Below are positions 41,279 to 56,149 of a stretch of DNA of 64,000 nt, in pieces. The stretch comes from Eledone cirrhosa. Its lineage: Eukaryota. How positions within the stretch are numbered: the first letter of the stretch is position 1; each line of letters starts with the position of its first letter. The notes under the pieces are model-generated. The model was not told where the DNA came from, made no database searches, and saw only the letters and a list, made by a program, of their open reading frames with translations. Where the stretch lies: positions 411,990,001 through 412,054,000 of the forward strand of contig OZ024740.1 of assembly GCA_964016885.1 (NCBI GenBank). The letters run 5' to 3'. The translations under genes and the position numbers were made by a program.

Positions 41279-42756
41279 CCTTTGACCCCCCCCCCCACAC
41301 TTATCCCCCACTAACACCACTAACACACCCCTCCTTTTCACCGCCCACCCTACAACTAACAATACTAACACCTCCACACCAACCCTCATCCGACCACCCT
41401 TCCCCAACTAACATACTAACATCCCTCCCTTCTTCTTCTCCTCCCCGCTCCTTATCACACCCACACACCCACCGGCACATATATACACGCGCTCACACTA
41501 AACACACACCCTACTACCACCACTAACCCTCACCCCCAGACCTCTCACCCCCACACCTCCATCACACCACCCCGCAACTAACCTCACTAACAACCCCTGA
41601 CACCAAGCACACGAACACACGCACCCACTTACAACACCCACCCACACGCAACTAACATCACTAACACCACCCAACCCCACGCACACGTACCCACACACCC
41701 TCGTACACCACCAACTCTACACACCCTACCACCACTAACCCCCACTCACACCTGCATTCAACCCTTCCCCACCTCCCGTATACTAACACCCACTAACACC
41801 CCCTTCATCAAACTACACACACATCAGTACACCACACTCCCTCCACAGAACTACACACACCCTTCTCTCCCCGCTCCACCCACACCCTCGCTCCACACTC
41901 ACTCATCCCACTAACACCTCTACTAATACACACACACACCCTCCTCACTCCAACTTTCACACCTACCCATCCTCACCCCTTTTCTATTCCACCGACTGCT
42001 GCTATGCCCTCTGACCACCTCCCAGCACAAACAAACACACAGCACTTCCACTGCTTGACCACTTCCTGTTGCGCGCGCACCCCACATCTCTCCTCTTCCG
42101 ACCATCTCTTCATGGAATACTCGTATGTGGAACTTGACCACCACAGAATCCACTAAACATCATAGGATTTTACCAACTTTTCAAGCATCCTCTTACGGAA
42201 TCACCTATATAACTCACCCACACACACACCCCAACATATTTTTTTATCCACACGCCACCTACACCCACAACACGCTTGAACCCCACACACACGTGCTTTC
42301 CACCACATATTTACACCCTCAGCCTCCTGATTCCTCTCCCCCACCCCTCTATCCACACACGCACAGACACTCCGACCTACAACCCCCCCACAAACACCTC
42401 TTCCTGAACATGCAACCCCGTTCTTCCCCGAACCCTTATTTTCAAACACACACACACACACACACACACGTACACCTACACACACACACCACCTTCAGCC
42501 CTGCCCGCTCGGACACCCCGTCTCCCTCTCCCACTCCACCCGCCACCACCCCTACACACCCCACACCCTTCCACCACCTGTTTTACCCCCTTTTAATTTC
42601 AGTTTATTTTGATCATGCTTTTATATTTAAATTTATTTCATTTCTTGCATTTTGATCATGCTTTATTTTTATTTTTATTTTTAATTTCATTCGCACCGTT
42701 TCCTTTCTCTCCACCACTCCCCTATACACCCTTTGAACTCTGTTCCCACACACTTC

Positions 42757-42792
42757 TCACCTGAGGAAGGGCTTATGCCCGAAACGTCGTTC
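42757..42792 (+). ncRNA. Minimal hammerhead ribozyme at the PLE 3' end
   Basis: ac-CTGAGGA-a-gggc(ttat)gccc-GAA-ACGT-C-gt. Confidence 0.7.
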
Positions 42793-42877
42793 CGCACCAC
42801 CACCCCACTGTCCAGAGCGTGAAATTAATAAACATTCCTTGTACTGCCTCTCTGTTTTGTTCCTGTTCAAATTTTTC

Positions 42878-42933
<56 letters not shown>

Positions 42934-43158
42934 ACTTACATACATACATACACACATATATATACATATATAATTACAAACATACATATATACATACACA
43001 CACACGCACACACGCATGTATATATATATATATATATTATAATAATAATAAATTTGAAGACTGAAATCCAAAGAGGGATTTTAAGGATAAAAATATATCA
43101 GATATATGAGAAACGTAGAACACTGTTATTTTAATAAATATATATATATATATATATA

Positions 43159-43532
43159 TATCATAAAACATGCCTATAGAATCACCAGATAAAATATATA
43201 CCGTTTCCTCTCCCAATTAGCATAATTAACCATATAAAAAAATCAATTAGACCAAGCTATAAGAATAAAGGCTCTTATGAAGAAATCTCCGACAAATAAC
43301 CGAAAGCAGCCCTTCGCGCTGGTCGATTTATACACGCTGCCGAAATACTCGATAAATACCCCGTCGCAACCGCCGAGAAGGGCTGCTTTCGGTTATTTGT
43401 CGGAGATTTCTTCATAAGAGCCTTTATTCTTATTGCTTGGTCTAATTGATTTTTGATATGCTTAATTATGCTAACTGGGAGCGGAAACGGTATATATTTT
43501 ATCTGGTGATTCTATAGGCATGTTTTATGATA
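43159..43532. repeat. Long palindrome, ~155 bp arms, ~60 bp spacer
   Basis: TATCATAAAACATGCC...GCAGCCCTTC is matched by GAAGGGCTGC...GGCATGTTTTATGATA. Confidence 0.85.
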
Positions 43533-43636
43533 TATAGCTCTGATTATTTAATTTATTAATTCTTCATTGAGCCACAACGTGACCCGTTGCAAAACACATA
43601 TATATCTATGACTTTATATATATATATATATGTAAA

Positions 43637-43681
<45 letters not shown>

Positions 43682-44635
43682 TTAGTGTAAGAGAAAAACC
43701 AGCTGCATCTCTATATATCAGAATCCTATTGTCATTATTTCATCTAGTGAATAGAACGACATCGGTGCAATGTGACCCTATATAGCTGATATTCTATTTT
43801 CTTCTGTTTGGTCGACTGCCTATTCACTTCAGCAAAATCAACGCATTACAGAAAAATGAATTTTTTCTACAATTTTGAAGTTCAGGTAAAGTTATTTTTG
43901 TTATTTACTTTGTTTTCTTTCCATATTTTTCTCCTTCCATTCTTCATTGTTGTTTTTTGTTTCTTTTTTTTGAACTTGCAATTCAATAAAAGCAACCTCG
44001 TTAGCATTTATTACTGATAATCGACAACAAGTTATTTCTTTATATTCGATGTTATTTTATTTCATGATTCTCATCATGTTTTTACGCATGTGCGTGTTGT
44101 AGTTGTTTTAGCTTTTGTTAGCGCTGATGTTGTTGCTCTCCTTGTTATTGAAAGAAACCATTAAACTAAAAATTTTAACTAATAAAGTACATCGATCGAT
44201 TCAATTGTGCTTTGAAGAGATACTTACGTAAATAAATACACTCAGCATCGACGTATATTCAGCGCCCGAGCAGACAACTCCAATAAATGACTAATTATAT
44301 ACAAAGACATATGTATGTGTGACTAGTGAAGCGCGAGTGCCTTTAAAACATTTCAGTAATGAAAGAAGAAATGAACAGAAGCAGCAAGGAATACAACAGG
44401 TACACGACAAGAATGTAGTGTTTAGAAGCAGCAAAGTAAAGCAGAAATTATAGTAACCTCAATACGTATTTGAACTACATTTTATACAGCTTTGTTAATA
44501 AATTAATTATTTTCAATTCACAATATATAATCCCAACATTGTACATAGAAAGGACACAGTAGAGAGAGATGATGACTATTTTTGTATTTGTTTCGTTTTG
44601 ATTCAATACACACACATATATACATAAATACACAT

Positions 44636-44708
<73 letters not shown>

Positions 44709-45682
44709 AGAATAACATGGTCGGCTGTACAAATATTTACAGTATTAACAATTGTTTCATTGTTCAGGTGAGTCTAAAGGCCGTTGATCACTCGAAATTG
44801 CATCACTCGACCTTAAATACAGTGTGTGTCTCTGATCAAATCAACGGAATACTGAAGGGTGTAACACAAGGCACTGGTATTTATAGATACATTGGAGAAT
44901 CAATTGAATGAGAACAATAACGCCAATAATAAAATATAATACAAAAATAATAAAAAAATTAAAATGATAAAAATGTAAAAATTACGGTTACTGATAATAG
45001 TAGTTATAATGGTGAGTAAGTGGATGTTTAAAATAGTGATGACAGTAATGATAACAATAACATGAAAAGAAATACGATATATGATAGGCGAGATGTTGGT
45101 GAGTGGACGTCGTGCTAATATAGTGTATTGAGTTCATAAATTGGCGAAATAGAAATGCAAAAAATATAAAAAGATAGAGGATTAAAATAAAAAGTAAGAG
45201 AGAAGGAGATAAAGAACAGGAGATAGAGAATAAAGAATTCGAGGATGAGACATTATTTAGATAAATAGAGAATAAAAAGTGAAAGGGAGAGTGATGATAT
45301 ATGGGTGATTAAAGGTCTGATAGATTGATTGTTTTATCTTAATGGAGGTGATGCTACTATTGAAGGAAAGAAAGTTTGGGGGATCGATGATTTAATGAAC
45401 AGTTGGTCAGTTGACAGCTAAAAACAGTGGAGTGGTGTGAAGTTAGTACATTTTTCATTTTTTCACTATTATTACTCCAAGAATAACCTACAGGGGAATT
45501 TTCGTAAACTCGCCACCTGACTAAGGAAACTTCTTGTTGAGTCAAACAACGCCGTACGTTAAAACTATCCATAGTACAGAGTACTCGAAACCTCTAACTG
45601 GATTACCTAAAACGATAACTTGTTATCCCATATATATATATGTGTGTGTTGAGTGTGTGTGTATGCATATACATGTATATAT

Positions 45683-45787
<105 letters not shown>

Positions 45788-45796
45788 TATATATAT

Positions 45797-46050
45797 TGTT
45801 GGTGCCACTGGTAACATGTATCCCAGTACAACCTGTCTCATGGTCGGGTCGTTGGCAACTAAACTGGAAACCCCACCAAGGTTTCTTGGTGAGGTGGGTG
45901 ACTTTGGCCATCCTGAAGGACTAAAAACAAAACCTGGCAAAAGGCAAAGGAGCTCTTAAGAGTCAATGGCCATCCAAAAATCACCGGGAGAGATGACCCC
46001 TTAGCCTTTGTCAAGGCAGAATTCTAGGAGAAGGAAAACTCTGATATAAC
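45797..46050 (+). mobile_element. Probable 5' UTR fragment of an RTE-type LINE
   Basis: GC-richer block with TCTAGGAGAAGGAAAACTCTGA, a motif I recall from RTE 5' UTRs; related degenerate motif at 49803-49852. Confidence 0.4.
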
Positions 46051-46316
46051 AGCTGCAACCCTAATGATATCCAATGATGTTGACTTGTTCTTCATTTTGG
46101 AAAATATCATCTTGGTTAAGAGAGGGGACTGGCTTTGTGCAGTGCCTTTGCTCACTATAAAAGCTTCACGGAACAGGCCTCGCTTTGTATCTGGAGATCT
46201 CTCTGCACTTGTCGTCACATGGTACCATAGGCCCAGCACTATGAGTCAATAATTGTCACAAGTGCAGTGTTTGTACCAGAGTATTCAAGTCGCTGGCTGG
46301 ACTAAAAAGTCACACT

Positions 46317-46419
<103 letters not shown>

Positions 46420-46465
46420 ATATGTGTGTATATGTGTGTATATATATGCATATATATGTACATAT

Positions 46466-46554
<89 letters not shown>

Positions 46555-46559
46555 ATATA

Positions 46560-46923
46560 TATAAACAAGGTTTAGTAAATAATGAAAAAGTTTCAAAATA
46601 AATTTTAAAAAATTGACTTTACCTACTATAGTTACCTTTACCGATCGGTTTCGAATCCCAAAAATAAAACGGAGAGCATACGGCCTTCGTTGCAAAGAGA
46701 GATTCTCGTCAGAAGGTTCTTTTCATTCAAAGAATATAAAATTCCTGAATTTAAATCACAAACTAGCGCTATCAAAAACTGTTCCTGGGATGAGAGTGGA
46801 TGATGTAGAACAGGTTTATCAAGGGCCGTAGCAAAGATAGAGGTAAAGGTAACTATAGTAGGTAAAGTCAATTTTTTAAAATTTATTTTGAAACTTTTTC
46901 ATTATTTACTAAACCTTGTTTAT
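46560..46923 (-). mobile_element. PLE fold-back fragment (F5)
   Basis: 46560-46642 is a perfect inverted match to 46842-46923; contains an HHR; abuts (TA)n. Confidence 0.75.
46635..46716 (-). ncRNA. Type I hammerhead ribozyme with extended stem II
   Basis: cctt-CTGACGA-gaatctc...gggattc-GAA-ACCGATCGGT-A-aagg. Confidence 0.8.
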
Positions 46924-47256
46924 ATTTGTTCTGGCTCGTTAATTTATTAACCCGCCATTGAACCACATTGGCACTTGGTTGGACAATACATGCGTACCTT
47001 GGCGCCTTGTGCGTGAAGGGACGTATTTCATATTATATATATATATATATGTATATATGTATATGCATGTATGTATATATGAATGAAAGACCATCTAGTC
47101 CTCTCTATGTCATTCCCAAAATAAAATAAAGAGGTCTAACCTCTACTAACCTATTGAGTACCTTTTTAACAGTGGTCACCTCCCGATATACATTGGAAAA
47201 TCACTTATTATATGCTTATATATATATATATTCTTATACATATATTCATGCACGTC

Positions 47257-47329
<73 letters not shown>

Positions 47330-47350
47330 TATATATATATATATATGTAC

Positions 47351-47382
<32 letters not shown>

Positions 47383-47395
47383 GTATGTGAGTGCA

Positions 47396-47433
<38 letters not shown>

Positions 47434-49381
47434 TGTATTGTGTATGTGTGTGTGTAAATGTTATATACAGGCAGAGACAAACATACGCACACACATACTT
47501 ATACATGCATACATACATACATATACATACTCAAGTTTTCGAGACGAACGTTGAAATGACTGTGCATGAGAACCTTCGATACAAGACATGTGTGATACAT
47601 TGAAGGCAATTTCAGTATGGAAATATGAAACTTAATCCACTGAGCCGGGCGTTAATTCAGCAAGATAAAACATCCCGATTCTTGAATGCCTTTTTTCTGA
47701 TGCAAATTACAAGGATAAGATCATGAGGAGACCCCAAACATCTTCTAACGTCAGGCCCACAAAGTTTCTGCAGCTCTTATGGTTCTTGGAGCTATGAGCA
47801 ATAGAGAACTATGATGCCTCTTCACTTCTTTCCTCGGGCTTTAAGGACGTCTAATGATGCCTATAAATAGGAATTGGAGAGGGTTCTGAATCCGTGTATA
47901 GAGAGCATGGGAAAACAGAATACCGGACACCTACCGCCGACAAGACTCATCATTGTCTCATGTCTTATAAGAAAAAGACGACCCAAGAATTGATGTGTTA
48001 CTAATTCTACGATCACTCAACCCTAAACATATTGACCCCCAACTCTACAGGCTTGAATCCACTGGAAGATCCTGAATAAGACGTAGTCAAAGTCGAAGTC
48101 AATAGACGACCTCTTAATGCAAGATATTCTCTAAGTCTGCTTTAATTAGCACAATGTCCATATTGGATAAATATCGTCGGAATGGGATTGCTTTGAGTAG
48201 ATACACAAACACGTGTCTCACGATTATACATACCAATCTTTCTCAAATAATGATCTTCTTTCATGAGTTATGTGTCTTTTATTAAATTCATGCAATTATC
48301 CTAAATGAAGTGAGCAAATATGAATATATAGTTGCTAGTCTGTATTTGTGTCCGAGCATGTTTGATGCGTGTATTTGTGTGTTTAGATTCACAGCCTAAA
48401 GGTTTAGATCTGGCATTGTTATCATCAGATCGGGCTTTTCATTCTCGGTGTCCTCTCGCACAAGGCATAACGTTTAACATTCCTCTAGCGTAATCAGCAG
48501 AATATTAGCACCAGTAGTTGCGGCTATATGTGTGACAGATAGGCGTCACGTCCAAATGTGTGTATTTATTTTTAGTATATTACAGTTTTTGAAATTTGGA
48601 TAAGCGTTGGCTGTCGTATTATGCATGCTAACTGTAATAAAGACAGACGTACAACCGACGAGAAATGATATATATAACTAAGGGTGCACCATAGTCGTGT
48701 TCATAAGGCGTTCATTTCGAGACAGTAGAATTTGGCTTCACCTGAACCAGATTGTACCTTGTGCAAGTGTAATCTCAAGCGGTTGATTACCTTGTGTATG
48801 AAATAAGGTTCAACTTACATAGACTAAATGTATCAAACACTCATAGTTAGAATATATACAAGCAATGCAATGTTAACATATTTTATGGAATGATTTGTAA
48901 CAAATTATATACCACGCACAGGTTTAAGTCATTTGACAATAGAATACAAGAATTTGTATTTTAAAACAATTGCACATCGCACAATAATTATTGTAGCGAG
49001 TATCTATGTAGTGTTTAATATTAGCATAATGCATACACACAAATTAACAAAGTAATATATAGAATCAATATATAGACTTTCGTGACGTAAACCGCTTGAG
49101 AGCATTTTAATCCGTCGTTGAATATCATAACAATGATATTCGCTATAAAGTTCGTTAATATCAAACTATGATTACCATCATTGTTTCCGATGATGAGACC
49201 AGACAGGCTATATTAATAGTCTAATAAATATTGGAATGTAATTTTACTGCGTTAAACGTAACGGCTTAATAAGGAAAGATGCTTCGCATCGTTTCATTTC
49301 TTCCGCTCCGTTTAAAGCATTCTCTGACAAAAAATGTGGGTGTTTAAGCAAATATAAATACTCCATAATAAGGATTGAACA

Positions 49382-49486
<105 letters not shown>

Positions 49487-49864
49487 AAAAAGTATGACCC
49501 TGACGGCAGAGCTCAAGCCTTATGGTACATCTGGCTCTTTACCACAATTCCTTTATTATATATATATATATATATGTGATGGCTAACCCTCGTTCGAGTA
49601 TGGCCATTACACGATATACCATTATTTATAATTATTAATTAATTCTATACGAGTCAACGGCCATCCACAACTGTGTAAATATGTATATACACATGTACAT
49701 ATGTATGTGTATATACATGGGTGCATGTGTATGTATATGCGCGGGGACGTAGAAAAGGTCGGGCCGGACACCCGATCGCGCGGTTAAACCACTGGGAGTG
49801 AAGGACCCCTAACCTTTGTGAGGGCATTCTTCTAGGTGGAGGCAACTCAGGAAGCTGGGATAAA

Positions 49865-49921
<57 letters not shown>

Positions 49922-49922
<1 letters not shown>

Positions 49923-50815
49923 TAGCAAATGACCCCCGTCCATTGAACGGTGTCAGTTCTTGGTAGGGCTGCAATGTTAATGGACAATTTCCGTGTTGTA
50001 TGTTTAATTTGGAGGATAATTTAACCTGATCAACTCTTTCAATAAAAAAAAATGAGACGGTATTCAAAAAGAGCAAGTTTTATTTACAGATATGTGTCAT
50101 TAAAATGTGAACATAGAGAAATGTATCGTTAGCCGTGTCGATTGAACAATGTGTATTTTAAAACATCCATCATGTACACACACACACAAACACATACACA
50201 CACAAACATACACACACATACACACAAACACACACACATACACACACACATACGCACACAATCCCAAGACGTGACGCTGTGGAAGGGGGAGAGTTAAGAA
50301 GTGTAATAAATAAGTTAAAATTATAAACGCCGTATTTATCATATTCGCGTCACACACACTCCTCTCTTTCTTTATTTTACTCTCTCTCTCTCACTCCTCT
50401 CTTTCTATCTCCCCCTCACACATCCTTCTCTCTCTGGCCGTTATGGAAATTACACACACACACACGCACATGCACGCACACATACACACACAAACACATA
50501 CACACACATATACACACGCACATACACATACAATCCCATAACGTCGTGTTGTGGAAGGGGGAGAGTTAATAAGTGTGTAAAAGGAACGCTCTCTCTCTTT
50601 ATGGCCGTCATGGAATTTGTTAGTGCAAAAGTCTATAAGATTATAAAATCGAAGTTTGTGACTTCGAAATTAATCATTATGAAATAATTTTTTCTTGATG
50701 TTACAAACGGTAGCCTATTTTGGCTATGTGTTTAATTTGACAGAGATCGATGGAATATTTTCCAAGTGAAACTCTTTTACACACACACACAGAACGGGAA
50801 TTATATATAAGAAGA
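49922..50815 (-). mobile_element. Non-autonomous Helitron
   Basis: Minus strand A|TCTTCTTATATATAA...CCGTTC(AAT)GGACGG hairpin...CTAG|T; internal (CA)n and a duplicated segment (50258-50305 vs 50530-50575). Confidence 0.7.
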
Positions 50816-50816
50816 T

Positions 50817-50871
<55 letters not shown>

Positions 50872-50918
50872 CTCTGTGTGTGCGTGTGTGTGTGTGTGTG
50901 TGCGTCTCTGTGTGTATG

Positions 50919-50969
<51 letters not shown>

Positions 50970-50975
<6 letters not shown>

Positions 50976-51725
50976 GTTAAAAGTGTACATCTACATATGT
51001 ATACTGAAATACTAGTATGCATATAAATACACACATGTATACATATGTACATGTACTGAGTTTTTCACTGGACACTTTACTGTGAGTGTCCAGCTAGTCT
51101 GTATGTAACCAAACAGACAAACCGGGTTTTAGAGTCATACGGGTTTTCAAGGAAACACATTTCCTCTATTCTCCAGAATTGTTTAAGCGTCGGTCATACA
51201 AAAGTGAGTTAGAAGCGAAACGAAATTTAATTTCGTTTCGTTATTTGTTTTTATCGTTTCCGCTGAACCGGTGCGTACAATGACTCACGTTCTATGCAAA
51301 TTGGTCTGCCAACTACTAATTTTCATAGAAAAAGCATATAACGATATGTGCTTTTGCGATTCTCTAGAGAAGCCGGAAGATGAGTTATTATTGCTGATGA
51401 GATGTAATAACATCGAAACTAGTCCAATATTCCTGTCTGGCTCTCTGGAGAATAGAGGAAATGTGTTTCCTTGAAAACCCGTATGACTCTAAAACCCGGT
51501 TTGTCTGTTTGGTTACATACAGACTAGCTGGACACTCACAGTAAAGTGTCCATGGAAAAACTCAGTACATGTACATATGTATACATGTGTGTATTTATAT
51601 GCATACTAGTATTTCAGTATACATATGTAGATGTACACTTTTAACTTAATTGTTTAAGCGTCAGTCATACAAAAGTGAGTTAGAAGCGAAACGAATTTTA
51701 ATTTCGTTTCGTTATTTGTTTTTAT
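50970..51725 (+). mobile_element. PLE fold-back fragment (F6) with partial direct terminal repeat
   Basis: 50970-51177 is an inverted copy of ~51444-51651; ~51178-51255 is repeated directly at ~51648-51725; contains an HHR; (TA)n flanks. Confidence 0.78.
51389..51429 (+). ncRNA. Minimal type I hammerhead ribozyme
   Basis: tattg-CTGATGA-gatg(taataa)catc-GAA-ACTAGT-C-caata; all three stems consistent. Confidence 0.85.
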
Positions 51726-51756
51726 ATATATATATATATACATATTAGTATATATA

Positions 51757-51867
<111 letters not shown>

Positions 51868-52314
51868 ATGTGTGCATGTGCGTGTGCATGTGTATTTATG
51901 TATGCATGTATGTATGAATATATATTGGCAACAACTAATATCGTTGAGAAATCAATCAATGCATAAGTTCGTAAATAAATAAGAAACTTAGAATTGACTC
52001 ATATTTAGGTCTCATATTATTCCAGGTATCCAAACAGCCGACACGCCATTGTGACGGCAAATTATCCCTACTTTTCTGCTTTCCGATATTCACCTATATG
52101 TTGTAAATTTTTGTAAGGCAAATCATGGTAGGAACTTCATGTAAATATCAATTAATATGAACATGTTTTCCTATAATATGTTATATTTTTCCGCCCAGCC
52201 GAGGTATATGTACACCTCAGTACTCTAGCGTTTATTTCATGTACTAATCGCAGTATAATTCTCCACAAGATTACAAACACACACTTACACACTTACACAC
52301 ATTCAAATACACAC

Positions 52315-52372
<58 letters not shown>

Positions 52373-52515
52373 AATAAATAAATATATATATATATATATA
52401 CACATATATATATATACATACACAAACATATATATGTAAATATATATAGATACGTCAGAAACATATATATGTAAATATATATATATACATACACAAACAT
52501 ATATATATGTGTGTA

Positions 52516-52552
<37 letters not shown>

Positions 52553-53319
52553 GTATATACATGTATAACAAATATATATGCAAAAACCACTATTTGGGCA
52601 ATACCGTCCAAATTGAGTTGAGTGCAATTCACATATACATATTTAATCGATTTTCTTATACATAATTTATGACGTGGAAATGAGAAAAACTCTACTGAGA
52701 TTGCGACCCATAATCAAGTGAGTGTGAATCACTAATAAAGTACAGAATGACGCAAAAATATTTTGCTGGCATCTCCCTTGAAACAGTAAATGAAATATAT
52801 ATCAATTCGAGATTTTCCTGTGACTTTTCTCCATGGTTGTTCACATTTGTTTCTATTAAAATGTTCAGTATATAACGTGCTATGTTTGTGATATCATTGA
52901 GCATGCATTCGACATTTTGGCAGAATATTTGATAATTTCTTCCATGGTGTTTAACTTCACAGAATGAAATATGAAATACGTCACAGAAATGGTTTGCATT
53001 TGCTTGTGTGGTATTTTAAAGCTACAGAATGTATATATGGTGGTGGATAAACGTTTGTAAAGTTTGGTACAGTTAACTTGTATACCATTAAAGTATTTCA
53101 TTGGATATATTTTGCACATGATGGGAACACGCTGCGGCTATGCATACAGTACACAATATGAACTAGTATTATGTAATTTGTGTGCCCCAACATAGAGAAA
53201 TCATCGGAACAAACTAGACTTTGAGATCACAAAATGCCAAACTATATATTAGGCTGGTCTATAATGCACATCTATGTTATTTCAGTACTCGGTCAATATC
53301 TACCAGCTAGAAATATTGT

Positions 53320-53710
53320 TACAAGGCCAGCAATTTTAGGGTAAGGGCGATTATATTGACGCCCAAAACTTAACTGGACCTTTATTGTAACGATGATACC
53401 GTAAGGCAAAGTTGACAAAGGCTAGATTTGAACTATGAACGTAAAGAGCGGGAAGATATACTGAGCATTTGTTCGATCTACTGAATCTGCCAACCACCCG
53501 CCCTCCCGCATAAGGCTAGCATTTTGAATTGATGGTAAAGTCGATTACTTCGGCTCTGGTACATGACTGGTCATTTATTTCAATGACGTCGGAATGATGA
53601 AGCGCAAAGTTGAACTTGCTAGGATTTGATCTAAGAGCGCAAAGGGCCGTATTAAATGTTGTTAAACATTTTATCCCACATTTTAATAAGTCCGTCGATA
53701 CAGCGCCTTA
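53320..53710 (-). mobile_element. Two old SINE copies in tandem
   Basis: ACAAGGCCAGCAATTTT...GGCAAAGTTGAC...ATTTGAACT occurs twice (53320-53500, 53512-53710). Confidence 0.55.
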
Positions 53711-56149
53711 TATGCTAGACATTTTGTAATAATATATTAGACTCTTGTTAATTTCATGTATCAAGTCACAGTATAAGAAAATATTAAAATGTTTTTATTC
53801 AAACTATCGGATGATAATTTTTAACAAATATCAGAAACATCACTTCTATAATATGTTTGAGTTTGTTATCCCAAAATATTATTGAGAATAAATAAAAAGA
53901 TATCTCTTCGTTTGTATATTCCCGTGTCTAAACATTTTTGACATGAAACTTTTATTATGCAAATAACACCAAATAACAAATATATAAGCAATGGTAAAAT
54001 AATTATCAAGGCATCTACTTAAAGGTGATTGTTTTCTTTTTTGAAATTTTAAATTTAAAAATGTAAAACGTGGAATGAGATGTAATAGTCACTGTTCTGA
54101 AATAAAATTTATATAAATCCTCGGAATTACATACAAAACATTATCTGTATAAAATGATTCCTGTATTAGAAATTTACTTCGTATGAATTCATGTGTGAGC
54201 ATATAAACAGAAAAGTCTGTAATTAGCTTTCATGCATTTGTCGAGCATTTTGCTGGGACATCAATTCCCGTTCAGAACTTTCACGCTGTACCAAAATGTA
54301 ATTATAGAATTGTGTTTTGTGGAAAAGCCAATGGAAATAGGACAACGTATGCATCACATAGTATTAGTAAATTGAGAATACTTTGCTTAACACGTGTCAA
54401 CACGATGTTGGACGTCACTGGAATCTCATTGCATTCAAATGTCCTTGTCAACCAAAGAGTAATCTCATGTGTAATTTATTTGTTGCAAATATCTCAACTT
54501 ATATTAACGGTATTAGAACTAATTATAGCAATAATGGAAGGAGACGTAGAATTGAATGCGTCATTGTCTAAATATGCTTTACAATAGACTAGAAATAAAT
54601 AATTGGTTTAGAATAGAAATTTAGGATGTGTTTATATTGAACATACCTTTTTCATATGATGGAATGGATCATACATTACTCCTGTTTATATTACTAATTT
54701 AGATAGCCAGTTATCAGTCGATACGCGTTATATTAGCAGACGAAACATTGATAGGTAAACTCACCGGAAAAAAAGTGTGTGAGTAAAATATGTAGGACAG
54801 GAATTTAAATTTTGATTAGAAAATCATCAATATTTTGGTTAGAAAAGCATAAATAGGTCAGGTTTTTATTATTTATAACTTTGGGAACTCACCTCCATTT
54901 CAAATGTTCCTCTCCCATTTAGAGATATAATATTGGGATTTATATATATAACATTCAATTATATATATGCTGCGCTAGAAGCATGTAAATAGAGATATCT
55001 TGATCAAGAATATCACAAGATATGGGGATTACGCTAAATGTATGATTTTCGCTCAAATGAGACATATATGAATAGTATATACGAGGGAGTGTTTGCCGTG
55101 AATAAAACTATCTTTCAGAGATTAATTTTAACTGCCAAGTCAAAATTAAATTAAGCCGCTTTAAACATGACGTAACTATAAAAGAAAGCATTTATAAACG
55201 CATGCATTTATATAGGTTTATACCGGCACATAATTAAATGTGTTTAACGATAGAAACTTATATAAGCATTCATAACACGATTATACAATAGAAACCTAAT
55301 TCAATATATCAGTTTTTTTTTTTTGTTCTTTTTTTGGCAATTTATAACATAATTACGTATGGTTTAGCAGCAGATATTAATTGACATGACGCCGGATATA
55401 TGGCCAAGGACACACGTTATTGCACAGTAAATTTCCTTTCTCACGTGCCTAACATTAATGAGTAGATCCTGCATCCCAGGCTCGTAATACAGGTACTTTA
55501 TTATTATTGGATGGCAAATGGACATCAATTGATAATATATTACCTTAAATACTACATCTATTCCCAATGCTACCATATTACCAGTTAGTTTCTTCGTGTA
55601 AAATTGCATGAATATGATCCCTCCATATGATAATGTCTTAAGGCAATTATAACAAATTAGACTGTTCAACGTAAATGGTGCGATGGGAAAGAACAGATTA
55701 TGGCTGTGTAATTATTTTAATGAGATATATTGTAAGACACTGTTATTCAGAGATCAATAAAATCTATACTATTGAAGAATAATTTCATTGGCGGAAAGTA
55801 TCTTTCATTTTCTCTCTAAGAAAAATAAATTGGATTTTAGAAAACGTCTGTCCAAGAGATAATACCACCTCGAATACAAAGCATACGGAAGTTAAAAACC
55901 TGACGGTAATTTAACGAGGATAATATTCTAAGATGAATGTAGCTGCCTGAAATAAAGATTTGTCATGAATGTGTTTGTTCATACATACATGTTCTCAACC
56001 CGTTATCAAATCATAGATACATTTTCATTTGTCACCATATTAAACAGGACTCCCTCTCGCTAACCAAGGATCCTCGAAATTGTTGCTGAACGTCCCACTC
56101 AAGAAGCTCTACGCACGTGACATAATAAATTCTAAGCCAATATATATAA

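Larger units (their letters stand above)
40265..42880 (+). mobile_element. 5'-truncated Penelope-like element (Neptune-type)
   Basis: RT C-terminus, Cys linker and GIY-YIG, long C/A-rich 3' region, terminal HHR and AATAAA; (TA)n on both sides. Confidence 0.88.
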
